Shown: positions 1 to 9,106 of the stretch, one piece after another | Layout of the letters: each line of letters begins with the position of its first letter | How positions within the stretch are numbered: the stretch's first letter is position 1 | Sequence record: NZ_CP094683.1 | Length of the DNA: 52,093 nt | Reading direction: 5' to 3' (one strand) | Origin: a plasmid | Notes under the pieces: generated by a model | The model's input: the letters and a program-made list of their open reading frames with translations, nothing else | Database searches by the model: none | What the model was told of the DNA's origin: nothing | Translations under genes and position numbers: made by a program

Positions 1-594
1 CATTACAATTTCTGGGTCAGCAACCGTGAAGTTGGCAACGATGACAACCCGGATACAGGCGATGGCATTGTGATGAATCCGGATGACAATGACACGAATG
101 TTCTTGTCTGGGGCGACGACCGTGCAGCCCTTGAGTTTGAGTCCGACGATGACGCTTCCAAGTTCTATGCGAAGATGTCCACAAAGTCTATCGCTGACAT
201 CTATACTGAATACGGCGATCCAGTCGACGCGGATCTGTGGTTCTATGACTTTGTCGGCAGTTCGACTATTCCGTCAACCTCCCGCGCTTGGCTGACGCTT
301 GGTATTCCGTGGGATGACAATGACGATTATACGCCGGACCCCACGTCTTGCTATATTTATGAGCTTGATGCCGACGGTAATCTGACGGATGTGACGAGCA
401 GCTTCTCCTACAGCGAGGACGAGCGCGAAATCCCCGGATGGTCGCGTCAGACACGGACGCTTGGCACCTATATCGTTTCGGACACAGAGCTTGACATCGC
501 TCCCGTTGACGATACGACAACAGACGAGCCTGCTCCCGAACCGGAGACCCCCTCCACAACTCCGGAAAAACCGATCCCGAATACCGGCCGCTGA
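1..594 (+). CDS. Secreted, likely cell-wall-associated protein, C-terminal fragment (5' end outside window). Member of a paralog family that ends in a Pro/Thr-rich linker plus '...EKPIPNTGR-stop'.
   Basis: Frame 1 is open from base 1. C-terminal ~100 aa align by eye with the C-terminus of the 49652..50776 product (KFYAKMSTK.. vs KFFPKLTTK.., ..PNTGR-stop) and with the 37810..38886 product. Confidence 0.7.
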   Translation, partial: HYNFWVSNREVGNDDNPDTGDGIVMNPDDNDTNVLVWGDDRAALEFESDDDASKFYAKMSTKSIADIYTEYGDPVDADLWFYDFVGSSTIPSTSRAWLTLGIPWDDNDDYTPDPTSCYIYELDADGNLTDVTSSFSYSEDEREIPGWSRQTRTLGTYIVSDTELDIAPVDDTTTDEPAPEPETPSTTPEKPIPNTGR

Positions 595-648
595 TTTTGC
601 GCCGGATTTGACAGGGAAAGAGACGCACAATAGAGAAAAAGAGATCAT

Positions 649-682
649 GCCGCCGGCTGCCTCCACAGCCGGCGGCAATTTT
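649..682 (+). terminator. Putative intrinsic terminator: 11-bp GC stem (gccgccggctg / cagccggcggc) followed by aatttt.
   Basis: Perfect inverted repeat immediately 3' of the CDS ending at 594. Confidence 0.45.
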
Positions 683-870
683 AATAAAAGCGTGCCTGCT
701 GACGGGAGCGGAAAATGATTAAAATAACTGCAGGGTAATTATAAAAAGGCGGTAAACTGCACAGCTTACTGCCTTTTTGCGGCAGAGGATGAACAATCGA
801 TTATATCAATGCGGGGAGAAATTGAAACAGGGCAAAAGCCCAGCGGAAAGAGCCGGTCAAAAAGATGCCG

Positions 871-1467
871 TTATGCATCCTCTATTATTTTCGCCCGATA
901 CATGCCCAGCTTTTTTAACCGCTCGGCTATGACATAAACGTCCAACCCGTCCATTGCAATACGCCTGCATTTACCCGGCGTCGTCTGTGAAAAGGTATCC
1001 CATACTGTAAAGAGACGGGCAGTTTCCGTGAGTCCGTTACGCTGCAAAAGGGGGACAAAGCGGCGCGGCGACGGAGAATACAATTCGATCAGCTTATACT
1101 TTTTAATAAAGAGCTCCTCCCGGCTGGTATGGGACGCAACTGCAAATTGAGAAATTCCGTCTTCCAGCAAGATTTGTCCATATAAATTTAAGATGGAATC
1201 AATTTGGTTTTGCGTCTGCCCATCAAGATAGCATACTTCTTGATGTAAAATTTTATCATGCCCAAGCTGCCGTTCCTCTTGGATGGAGAGCGGTAATTGC
1301 AATACAAAAAACAAAGGCTCGGGAAGGCTATGATAAAATTCTGTAAGCAGAAATTTTAATTTTCCAAAGCTGATATTTGCCCGAATGGCACGTCCTTCAA
1401 AAACCTGAAATTGTTCCCGGATTTTCTCTGGAAAGGGTATGGTCACTCCGGACGCTGTTTGGAACAT
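871..1467 (-). CDS. Hypothetical protein, ~198 aa.
   Basis: ORF-track ORF 871..1623 trimmed to the internal ATG at 1465-1467 (MFQTASG...). The upstream part overlaps the tRNA gene. SD AGGGGGAAAG lies 5' of this ATG. Confidence 0.55.
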   Translation of the reverse strand: MFQTASGVTIPFPEKIREQFQVFEGRAIRANISFGKLKFLLTEFYHSLPEPLFFVLQLPLSIQEERQLGHDKILHQEVCYLDGQTQNQIDSILNLYGQILLEDGISQFAVASHTSREELFIKKYKLIELYSPSPRRFVPLLQRNGLTETARLFTVWDTFSQTTPGKCRRIAMDGLDVYVIAERLKKLGMYRAKIIEDA

Positions 1468-1547
1468 CTTCTTTCCCCCTGTCGGCTTTATGAGCAAAAT
1501 GGATAAAAAGAGCCTGGAGCATACATTGACTCCAGGCTCTTGTCTGA

Positions 1548-1621
1548 TGGAGCAGGTGACGGGAATCGAACCCGCGTTGTCTGCTTGGGAAGCAGAAGTG
1601 TTGCCATTGCACCACACCTGC
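1548..1621 (-). tRNA. tRNA-Gly, anticodon CCC.
   Basis: The reverse complement reads GCAGGTG...TTCTGC-TTCCCAA-GCAGA...GGTTCGATTCC...CACCTGC-T-CCA. It has a 7-bp acceptor stem, a T-loop GGTTCGATTCC, anticodon loop TTCCCAA (CCC), discriminator U73 typical of bacterial tRNA-Gly, and an encoded CCA. Confidence 0.85.
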
Positions 1622-1749
1622 AAATTTATTTATTATTATACCGGATTATGGGCGGAAAGTCAAGCCCTTCCTGGGATATGCCGCAGGTACGGGCATTTTT
1701 TAAAAAAGAATATAAAATGCAAATATTTTAAGTGATTGTTCGAAAAATC

Positions 1750-1778
1750 TTGTCTTTTGTCATTATGCCATGTATACT
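1750..1778 (+). promoter_or_regulatory. Putative sigma-A promoter: TTGTCT, 17-bp spacer, TATACT.
   Basis: Hexamers and spacing read directly. It overlaps the ATG at 1770, which argues that the downstream CDS starts at TTG 1849. Confidence 0.35.
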
Positions 1779-1848
1779 ACTATTATAGATCAAAACGCTG
1801 GCGGACCAGCGAATGGGAAAGACCTAAATACAGAAACAGGAGTGATTG

Positions 1849-2318
1849 GCTTGACGGCATTGCTCGAACAGGTGCGCGATTATCTTGATGCACAGGAATG
1901 GAATTATGATATTCGCGGCCAGGAAGACGATGAATATATGATCATGCGCATGAATTTAAAAACAGTTGATGCGTGTACCACGGTCATGCGTTCGTTTGAC
2001 GAGGATTCCTTTGTTGTTTATAGTATTTTTCCGATTAAAGTTCCGGAAGAAAAACGTTCCGAAATCGCAGAGTTCATCACACGCGCTAATTATGGACTCA
2101 ATCACGGCAATTTTGAGATGGATTTCGACGATGGTGAAATTCGATACAAAACAACGGCCATTTGGGGCGATCTGGAGGTACCGGAACGCCATATGGACCG
2201 GGTAATCAATCTTGGATTTTGTATGCTGGACCGCTATGGTTCGGGTATCCTGTCCGTACTGTATGGCGGTGCAGACGCAGCGGCTGCGATTGATAAAATT
2301 GAAAACAGTGACGACTAG
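1849..2318 (+). CDS. YbjN-domain (type III secretion chaperone-like) protein.
   Basis: Acidic protein of the YbjN type by recognition. TTG start at 1849 is preceded by AGGAG at 8-nt spacing. The ORF-track ATG at 1770 lacks an SD and lies inside the promoter -10. Confidence 0.5.
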
Positions 2319-2336
2319 GGCTTTATAACCGCATTA

Positions 2337-2378
2337 TAAAAACAGGCCGCGCCGCGAACAGCGGCGCGGCCTGTTTTA
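2337..2378. terminator. Bidirectional intrinsic terminator. 14-bp GC stem (acaggccgcgccgc / gcggcgcggcctgt) with an A-run on the 5' side and TTTT on the 3' side.
   Basis: Perfect hairpin flanked by A/T runs. Confidence 0.7.
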
Positions 2379-2383
2379 AGTGG

Positions 2384-2806
2384 GCGCTGGCAAAATCCAT
2401 GCCAGCCGCGCGGCGTCTGTCACGGATTTTGCTGGCGGAAGCAGGGCGCGCGTGACCCGTGCGCAGGCCGCCCACCGCCGGGAGGCGTGCGCAATCCGTG
2501 CGCGGATTGCTCACCGCCGGACGCTGCGCTTGCCCGGCCGGCTATTCGGGGCTTTCCGGCGGCTATAGCCGCCGGGCGCGGACAAGCCGCGGCTGCGCCC
2601 CTCAGCGCGCCTCATGGGACAGGGGCGGGCCGCCCCTGTCCCATGGACCCAACCCTGGGGCAGGCGCAGCCTGTATAAACGCCGGAACCCGCCCCGCTGT
2701 TCGCGGCGCAGCCTGTATAAACGCCGGAACCCGCCCCACTGTTCGCGGCACAGCCGATTAAAGTTTTTTGGCACACCTTTTTTTCAAAAAAGGTGTGCAG
2801 GGAATT
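2384..2806. repeat. BIME/REP-like mosaic intergenic element, copy 1. Module order: 'gcaaaatcc..ggattttgc' hairpin; 'gtgacccgtgcgc..' palindrome; 'ccggcggctatagccgccgg' palindrome; 'gggacaggggcgggccgcccctgtccc' palindrome; 2 tandem ~41-bp units (cagcctgtataaacgcc..); terminal 'ggcacacc-T7-C-A6-ggtgtgcc' hairpin.
   Basis: The same modules recur, in both orientations, at 12337-12632, 13590-13975, 16880-17312, 23908-24300, 26737-27198, 32040-32460, 38985-39150 and 44268-44410. Confidence 0.8.
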
Positions 2807-2886
2807 GTCGTTTTTAAGATACTTATAGGATAGCAGGCGGTGTTGGCAAGCGACTTATGAGGGACCGCCAAGGGAGGGAAACCAGT

Positions 2887-5800
2887 ATGACAAAAAAACG
2901 ATGGCTGATTCCGGTGCTGGTGCTGCTGGTGATTATAAGCGCGGCCAGCGCGGCATTTTTTCTTTCGCGGCCGGAGGGCGATATGATCTATGCATCCGTC
3001 AATATCCAGCCGCAGGAGCAGGAGAGCACAGAGCCGCTCGCGCCTGAAAGCACGTTTGCCATTACGCTTGATTACAGCGTGTCGCAGGAGCAGTTGCGTG
3101 CAATGCTGTCCATTGAACCTGATATCGGGGAATATACGATTGAAGGAAGCGGGAAAAAATGGACGCTGCGTCCGGCAGTCCCGCTGGAGGAAAATACGGT
3201 TTACACCGTCCGCGTGATCAATCCGGATACCGGTGCGGCGGTGCAGTCGTTTGCCTTTCAGACACGCAGCGATCTGCTGGTGAACACGGTTTATCCCGGC
3301 GACGGCGAAACCTTTGTGCCGCTGGAAACGGGAATCGAAATGACTTTCAACGCGCAGGATGTTGATCTGCAAAACTATTTTGAAATCAAGCCGGCTGTTG
3401 CCGGAAGCTTCGAGACAAACGGCTATACAGTTATCTTTAAACCCATGGAGCCGCTGACGGCCAACAGCATTTACCGGGTGACGCTCAAAGCCGGATTGAC
3501 GGCGCCGGGCGGTATGGCGCTTAAAGAGGATTATACGTTTTCGTTTGAGACGGTGCAGGCAGAGGATGCGCAGCGCGATTATGAGAAGCTGCGGCTTGAC
3601 GGCCCGTATGCGGAGACCTTTTTGCCAGGCGATCCGCTGACAGTCAAGCTGCAAAGCGGCGGCGAGGTATCCGGGCTGCCCTTTGAGGTCAAAATCCATC
3701 GTTATGGCGACATCAGCGGATATATGAAAGAGCTGCGCGCATATGACGCGTTCTATCGGGAGCGGTACGGCGAAAAGACAGAATATGTCGCCAATACGAT
3801 CGGTCTGGAAGAAGTTGCGTCTTATACCGGCGAGCTGTTTTCCAAAGATGACGGATGGGGCGAATTGTATGCGATCCTGCCGGATGATCTGGGGGAAGGC
3901 TGGTATGTCGTCACAATCTCCGGGGAGGACGCTTCCGGCGCCGACCAGTTTGTACAAAAGCTGATCCAGGTCTGTAATTTAAGCGTTTATACACAGTCGG
4001 CCGACGGCGACACATTGTTTTGGCTCAATGATCCCGCAACCGGCGAGCCGGTTGCAAAAGCCACGCTCCAGCTTGAGGACGTGAACGGTGAAGGCGAGTT
4101 CCCAGCGGTTACAATGGCCGATGGAACGGCGCGCGTGATGACAGGGGAAAGCGAAGCCGCTTATTTGACGGTGCTGCGCGATGGAAAGAGCGTCTATTTC
4201 GCGCGCGCGCCCCTGTCGCAGGCGGTCGAGACGCCGCCGTTGTCCGAACGGTATTATACGGCGCTTTATACTGACCGCGAAGCTTACCAGCCGTCGGATA
4301 CCATCCATTTTTGGGGCGTTGTCAAGCCGCGCTCCGGCGACGGCATGCTGCCGCAGAGCGTATGGGTGTCGCTTTCCACCTCATGGCCGCGTGCGGAGGT
4401 TTACCGCGTGAAAGCGGCTGTCAATGAGGCGGACGGCACGTTTGAAGGCGCGATTGCCGTAACCGGCATCGCCAAGGATTATTATGAGCTTTCCGTTAAC
4501 GATGGAGAGCAGGGCGTTTACACCTCCAAGGGGCTTTCGCTCGAAAAATACATAAAGCCGCCGTATGAAATCAGTGTGGCTTTGGATAAGGACCACTATT
4601 ATTTTGATGAAGCGGTTGGCGTTTCCATTACGGCGCGTTATTTTGACGGTACGCCTGTTTCAAATGAAACGCTTACGCTGACAGGCGCTTACATTACCGA
4701 GCAATCCGTGACGCTTGACGCATCCGGCCGCGCGAACTGCACAGTCAGGCTGAAAGCGCCGAACGATGAAAACGATCCGATGGGCTGGTCGCCGCGCAGC
4801 CTCTGGATTGAGGCGCACAATGCGAGCGCCCAGGACGTCTATGTTTCCGGCAGCGCCAATGCGGCGGTCCTGCCTTCGCGCGTCGCGCTCAAGCTGGAGG
4901 GCGATTCCCTGGAGAAGCTGACGGTGCGCACGGCGCAGCTCGATGATACGAAATTAAACGACGGTCATTCCGTCAGCCCGCTGAAAATTTATGACAGCGA
5001 ATATGACCGGCTGGCGGGCGCGCCTGTCGATGTGCCGGTGACGGTGCTGATCCACAGCGTCACACGCCGTCAGGTGGAAACCGGAAGTTATTATGATTAT
5101 GTCAATAAACGCACGGTGACAGAATATGAAACGCAGCTTGACGAGGCGGTCGCCGAAACGATCGAGACAAAGACAAGCGGCGGGGTTGTTGCAATTGAGG
5201 GGCTGGATTACAAAAATACGGACGATACAACCTATTGGGCCGAGGTGCGCGTTGACGGCGGCGCGGCCGGCACGGTTTCTGAAACAAACCGGTTCGGCAC
5301 GCGGCCTTACGGATTCAGAGGCGACACGCCGGTTTATACCTTTGTCAATCCGGACGATGAAGCCGCGAACGCACCGGTCGATGTGGGCGATGCGATCACG
5401 CTTGGGCTGTACCGCAACGGTGTAAAAACCGAAAATACCGGCCGTGTGCTTTACAGCGTATTGCAGCGCCGGTCGCTCAAAAATGGAATCTTTGAAGGGG
5501 ATTCGCAGACGTTAACAATGGAGGAAAGCTTCCTGCCGAACGTTGTCATTGCGGGCGCCTATTTTGACGGGCGGCATATCTATGCCGTGGAGGAATATGC
5601 GGTTGATTATGATTACACGGACAAGGGATTGAATGTGACGGCCGAGACGGACAAAGAAACGTACCGGCCCGGCGAAACGGCGACGGTGACGCTCAAGCTG
5701 ACGGACGCGGCGGGAAATCCTGTGTCCGGCTCCGTCTGTGTGGGCGTGGCCGACGAGGCGGTGTTCGACGTCGCGGAGCAGCACGCAGAGCTGCTTGACC

Positions 5801-7980
5801 AGCTTTACAGGGCGGTCTATTATCCGCGCCTGCGGCGCAGCCTGTCGTATGCGGAATATGATACCGGCGCTGATGAAAAGGCAGGTGCCGAATCAGGGGA
5901 CGGGGCGGTCCCGATGAGCGCCAATACCGGCGGCAACGCGGGCGGCGTATTGCTGCGCGAGGACTTTGCAGACACGGCGCTGTTTAAAACGGCGAAGGCC
6001 GATGAAAACGGGCAGGCAACCGTAACCTTTGAGCTGCCGGACAATGTAACCTCATGGCGCATCACGGCGCTGGCTGTGACAAACGATCTGAAGGCCGGCG
6101 ACACGGCCGAACTTGCGGCCGCAACGCTGCCGTTTTACCTGTCGCCGCTCTATACGGATACGTATCTGGAGGGCGACGACGTTGTGATCGCGGCAGGCGC
6201 TGTTGGGACCGGTGCGCATACCGGCGACGCGGTTTCGTATACGGTCACAATCGCCGACGCCGCGGGCAGGGAGCTTGACAAACAGACCGCCGAAGGAACC
6301 ATCGGCGTGCGCGTGCCGTTTACCTTCGGCAAGCTGGAGGCGGGCGCTTATACGCTGACGATAGAAGGCGTGTGCGGTGAAAACAGCGACGCTGTGCGTT
6401 ATCCGTTTTCTGTTGTAAAGCAGGCGCTGACAACGCCGGTTTATGAAAATATGCCGCTCAAGGACGCCGTTAACATTGAATCGGTGCGTTATCCGGTAAA
6501 GCTGATGGTGTACGACCGGCGGATGCAGCCTTATATGGAAGGTTTGCAGTATCTTTCCATGCAGGCGGGCGAACGCACGGAGATCATCGCGGCTGCGTAC
6601 CGCGCGCAGCTTGCATACAATGAGCTGTTGGACGAAGCGGACCGCGAGCCGGTGCGCCGGGACAGCCGTCTGGATGATATCCAGAATGACGACGGCGGCG
6701 TGCGGCTGCTGCCTGTGTCTGAAAGCGACGCCGCTGTGACGGCCAAGATGCTGGTTGCGGCTCCGGAACTGATCAACAAGGGCGCGGCGCGCGATTATCT
6801 CAAGGGCGTGCTCCAGGACCCGGCCGCTACGCAGGACGACCGCGTCATGGCCTATCTGGGGCTGGCGGCGGCAAAGGAACCGATTTTGCTTGATCTGCTG
6901 CGCATCATCTCTGAGGAGGGCGCGTCCATGACAGACGCGCAGCGCCTCTATCTGGGGACCGGGCTTGCGCTGCTTGGAGACTTTACATCGGCTGATCTTG
7001 TTTATAATTCGCTTGGCGGCCGCCTGGTTAAGGACGGAGATATGCTCTATGCCGAAGGCGCGGACGGCACGCTCGACGCGCGCATTCAAACGTCGGCTGC
7101 GGCGCTGATGCTTGCGTCGGTTACATCCAATCCGGACGCCGACGCGCTGATGCGCTATATGAATAACCTTGACCAGGACCGTGCAAAGAGCTACAGCACA
7201 ATTGCCAATTTGGAGATGCTTTGCTATATCAATTCGTTTATACCATCACAGAAAGGAGCGGAAAGCTTCAGCTACACGGATACGCAGGGTGAAACCCAAA
7301 AGCGTACCCTGGAAAACGGCGGTGTGGAACCGCTTTCCATGAGCTATGAGGCGCTGGCGGCCGCCGATTTCCAGGCAAACGATCATGTATATGCCTGCGC
7401 GCTTTACACAGGTTATGCAGACGCGGCGCAGATCCCGGATGACGAACGCGTACAGATCACCAAGACATATACGCCGGTCGCCGGCGATGGGATCGGCGTT
7501 TCCGACAGGGTACGCGTCGATTTAACGGTGCGCTTTTCCGATGACGCGCCTGACGGCTGTTATATCGTCTCCGATTATATCCCATCCGGTATGCGTTATA
7601 TGGAAGCCTCCGGCGTATCGGAGATCAATCCATACTTTGATTGGATGTGGGGCCGGATCGACAATGAAGGCCAGGCCGTTTTTGGGCGAATCTACCGCAA
7701 TATTGCCGTTTGGCGCCAGTCCCAGGCGGCGCGCGCCGGACAGCAGTCCGGTGAAAGGGCGGTCCCGCTGACTGACAGCGCGGCGGCCGAAGAAAAGATG
7801 ATCCCTTCAACCAACGGTACGGTGGTGCAGGAGGACACGAATGTATATACCCTGACGTATTATGTTAGCGCGGCGCTTCCGGGCGAATTTGTTTCGGAAA
7901 GCGCATATGTAACCCCGTATATCGAGGGCGCGGCCGCTAAGAGCGAGCGCGGCACGGTAACGATTGAGGCGGAGAGCTGA
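2887..7980 (+). CDS. Large surface-anchored alpha-2-macroglobulin (MG-domain) family protein, ~1697 aa, with an N-terminal TM anchor.
   Basis: Start MTKKRWLIPVLVLL after SD AGGGAGGG. The internal motif 'LREDFADTALF...DNVTSWRITALAVTND' matches the conserved A2M 'R-x-F-x-ET-x-W ... D-S-I-T-T-W' signature. No CxEQ thioester motif was seen. Size and domain-repeat character fit bacterial A2M. Confidence 0.65.
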   Translation: MTKKRWLIPVLVLLVIISAASAAFFLSRPEGDMIYASVNIQPQEQESTEPLAPESTFAITLDYSVSQEQLRAMLSIEPDIGEYTIEGSGKKWTLRPAVPLEENTVYTVRVINPDTGAAVQSFAFQTRSDLLVNTVYPGDGETFVPLETGIEMTFNAQDVDLQNYFEIKPAVAGSFETNGYTVIFKPMEPLTANSIYRVTLKAGLTAPGGMALKEDYTFSFETVQAEDAQRDYEKLRLDGPYAETFLPGDPLTVKLQSGGEVSGLPFEVKIHRYGDISGYMKELRAYDAFYRERYGEKTEYVANTIGLEEVASYTGELFSKDDGWGELYAILPDDLGEGWYVVTISGEDASGADQFVQKLIQVCNLSVYTQSADGDTLFWLNDPATGEPVAKATLQLEDVNGEGEFPAVTMADGTARVMTGESEAAYLTVLRDGKSVYFARAPLSQAVETPPLSERYYTALYTDREAYQPSDTIHFWGVVKPRSGDGMLPQSVWVSLSTSWPRAEVYRVKAAVNEADGTFEGAIAVTGIAKDYYELSVNDGEQGVYTSKGLSLEKYIKPPYEISVALDKDHYYFDEAVGVSITARYFDGTPVSNETLTLTGAYITEQSVTLDASGRANCTVRLKAPNDENDPMGWSPRSLWIEAHNASAQDVYVSGSANAAVLPSRVALKLEGDSLEKLTVRTAQLDDTKLNDGHSVSPLKIYDSEYDRLAGAPVDVPVTVLIHSVTRRQVETGSYYDYVNKRTVTEYETQLDEAVAETIETKTSGGVVAIEGLDYKNTDDTTYWAEVRVDGGAAGTVSETNRFGTRPYGFRGDTPVYTFVNPDDEAANAPVDVGDAITLGLYRNGVKTENTGRVLYSVLQRRSLKNGIFEGDSQTLTMEESFLPNVVIAGAYFDGRHIYAVEEYAVDYDYTDKGLNVTAETDKETYRPGETATVTLKLTDAAGNPVSGSVCVGVADEAVFDVAEQHAELLDQLYRAVYYPRLRRSLSYAEYDTGADEKAGAESGDGAVPMSANTGGNAGGVLLREDFADTALFKTAKADENGQATVTFELPDNVTSWRITALAVTNDLKAGDTAELAAATLPFYLSPLYTDTYLEGDDVVIAAGAVGTGAHTGDAVSYTVTIADAAGRELDKQTAEGTIGVRVPFTFGKLEAGAYTLTIEGVCGENSDAVRYPFSVVKQALTTPVYENMPLKDAVNIESVRYPVKLMVYDRRMQPYMEGLQYLSMQAGERTEIIAAAYRAQLAYNELLDEADREPVRRDSRLDDIQNDDGGVRLLPVSESDAAVTAKMLVAAPELINKGAARDYLKGVLQDPAATQDDRVMAYLGLAAAKEPILLDLLRIISEEGASMTDAQRLYLGTGLALLGDFTSADLVYNSLGGRLVKDGDMLYAEGADGTLDARIQTSAAALMLASVTSNPDADALMRYMNNLDQDRAKSYSTIANLEMLCYINSFIPSQKGAESFSYTDTQGETQKRTLENGGVEPLSMSYEALAAADFQANDHVYACALYTGYADAAQIPDDERVQITKTYTPVAGDGIGVSDRVRVDLTVRFSDDAPDGCYIVSDYIPSGMRYMEASGVSEINPYFDWMWGRIDNEGQAVFGRIYRNIAVWRQSQAARAGQQSGERAVPLTDSAAAEEKMIPSTNGTVVQEDTNVYTLTYYVSAALPGEFVSESAYVTPYIEGAAAKSERGTVTIEAES

Positions 7981-8240
7981 CAGGCGGTTTTGTATGGGCG
8001 CGCCCCCGGCGCAGGTGCTTTTTCGCAGAAAAAGCCCGCGCCGGGGACCTTGGCGGGCCGGGCGGCCTCATGGCCGCCCGGCCCGCCTTTTTGCCGTTTC
8101 CCCATGCGGGGAAACGGCGGAAGCGCCGCGCGCCTTAGCGCGCGGCGCTGTCTGTGAGGCGGCGGCGATTGCCGCCGCCTCACAGACAGCGCCGGACGCG
8201 CGGAAAATTCGCGCGTCCGGCGGTTGTCCGGTGGTAATTT
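7981..8240. repeat. Array of six consecutive perfect GC-rich hairpins.
   Basis: Stems read directly: ccccggcgc/gcgccgggg enclosing gcttttt/aaaaagc; ggcgggccgggcggcc/ggccgcccggcccgcc; gccgtttcccc/ggggaaacggc; gcgccgcgcgc/gcgcgcggcgc; ctgtctgtgaggcggcggc/gccgccgcctcacagacag; cgccggacgcgcg/cgcgcgtccggcg. Confidence 0.6.
8052..8092 (+). terminator. Intrinsic terminator of the A2M gene: 16-bp stem ggcgggccgggcggcc / ggccgcccggcccgcc, then TTTTT.
   Basis: Second hairpin of the array, followed by a T-run. Confidence 0.7.
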
Positions 8241-8482
8241 GAAAAGGAATATGGTACAATAACCGCAGAGCGGTTATTATACCGGGTGATGCCCAACGGC
8301 TCGCCGCTTACGCGGCAACCGCCTTTTGATGGGCAATTGTACCATGCCGCTTCGCGGACATGGTACAATATGCGCAGAGCAAACAGCTTGCTGTTTGCAG
8401 CAATCATCCAGCGGCAACTGCTGTCCGGCGGCGGACTGCGCATGCCGCGCCGCAGCATAAAAATACAGCCGCATGAAGGCTT

Positions 8483-9106
8483 TCAGAGAAGCAGCCGCGC
8501 AGCCCCAAGCCCTGCGAGCAGCAGTCCGGACGCGCAGGCCAGCGCGCGATTGGAAACCGGCAGGCGCGCAAGCATCCGGCCGGCCAGCGCGCCGAGCGTC
8601 AGACAGATGGTTTGTACGATCCCCACAACGGGCGGCAGCCAGACAGAGCCGGCGCCGGCAAGCGCCAACCCTACGCCCGCGCCGAGCATATCGACCGAGA
8701 GAGAAAAGCCGAGCAGCAGCGCCTCGCCGATATCGATTGCGCCGGAGCCGTCGAGATCTCCCGCGGCCGGCTCGCGGATGACAAGGATGGTCAGCCCAAG
8801 CGCGCGAAAGCGGCGGCGCACCGGCGGACGCGGGGGCCGCTGCGGCTTTGGCGGGAGCAGAGCGCGGATACAGCAGGCCAGGCCAAGCGCAATTAAAATC
8901 AATGCGCCGGCGGCGCGTCCGGCCCATGCCGGCAAAAATGTGCCGAGCGCGCCGCCAAGCAGGATTGCTGCGGCTGCAAAGGCGGTGGACAGCAGTGCGA
9001 TCGCGCCCTTGGCGGCCGCGCCGATTTTGACGCCGCGCATGCCAAACGCCGCGCCCGCGGCGAACCCGTCGGCACTCAAGGCGAGTGCTGTAAGCAAGAC
9101 AAGCAT
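8483..9106 (-). CDS. Polytopic membrane protein with two DUF204-like repeats (MntP / YtaF-like, possibly a manganese efflux pump).
   Basis: Very hydrophobic 207-aa product with repeated 'S(A/V)D(G/M)..AG' motifs (LSADGFAAG; SLSVDMLGAG). The two larger ORFs overlapping it (8286..9194 +, 8277..9131 -) are Arg/Pro/Ala-rich low-complexity translations typical of antisense high-GC DNA. Confidence 0.5.
   Translation of the reverse strand: MLVLLTALALSADGFAAGAAFGMRGVKIGAAAKGAIALLSTAFAAAAILLGGALGTFLPAWAGRAAGALILIALGLACCIRALLPPKPQRPPRPPVRRRFRALGLTILVIREPAAGDLDGSGAIDIGEALLLGFSLSVDMLGAGVGLALAGAGSVWLPPVVGIVQTICLTLGALAGRMLARLPVSNRALACASGLLLAGLGAARLLL

Noticed and set aside
1468-1623. N-terminal extension of ORF 871..1623 (MQVWCNGNT...).
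   Set aside because: It overlaps the tRNA-Gly gene (1548..1621) on the same strand. An internal ATG at 1465-1467 with a good SD gives a sensible start.
1770-1848. ATG 1770 as the start of the YbjN-like CDS.
   Set aside because: It lies within the predicted -10 hexamer and has no SD. TTG 1849 has AGGAG at ideal spacing.
2664-2750. Tandem 41-bp units, considered as a possible CRISPR array.
   Set aside because: No unique spacers. The units are contiguous and near-identical and are a sub-module of the dispersed mosaic repeat. No cas genes are present.
2459-2817. ORF-track ORFs 2380..2568, 2459..2761, 2487..2678, 2511..2774 and 2614..2817 inside repeat copy 1. The same holds for 23762..24250, 23857..24099, 23877..24146, 23898..24209, 24145..24792, 32073..32336, 32086..32304, 32189..32455, 13806..13997, 16864..17139 and 17003..17302.
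   Set aside because: They lie entirely within the mosaic GC-rich repeat elements. Near-identical Arg/Ala/Pro/Gly-rich 'proteins' recur at every repeat copy in several frames. They are translation artefacts of the repeat.
2758-3957. 399-aa minus-strand ORF antisense to the A2M gene. Also 6052..7089 (-), 5820..6104 (-) and other internal ORFs.
   Set aside because: Low-complexity Arg/Ala-rich translations of the opposite strand of a high-GC gene. The plus-strand A2M reading frame is continuous and carries the family motif.
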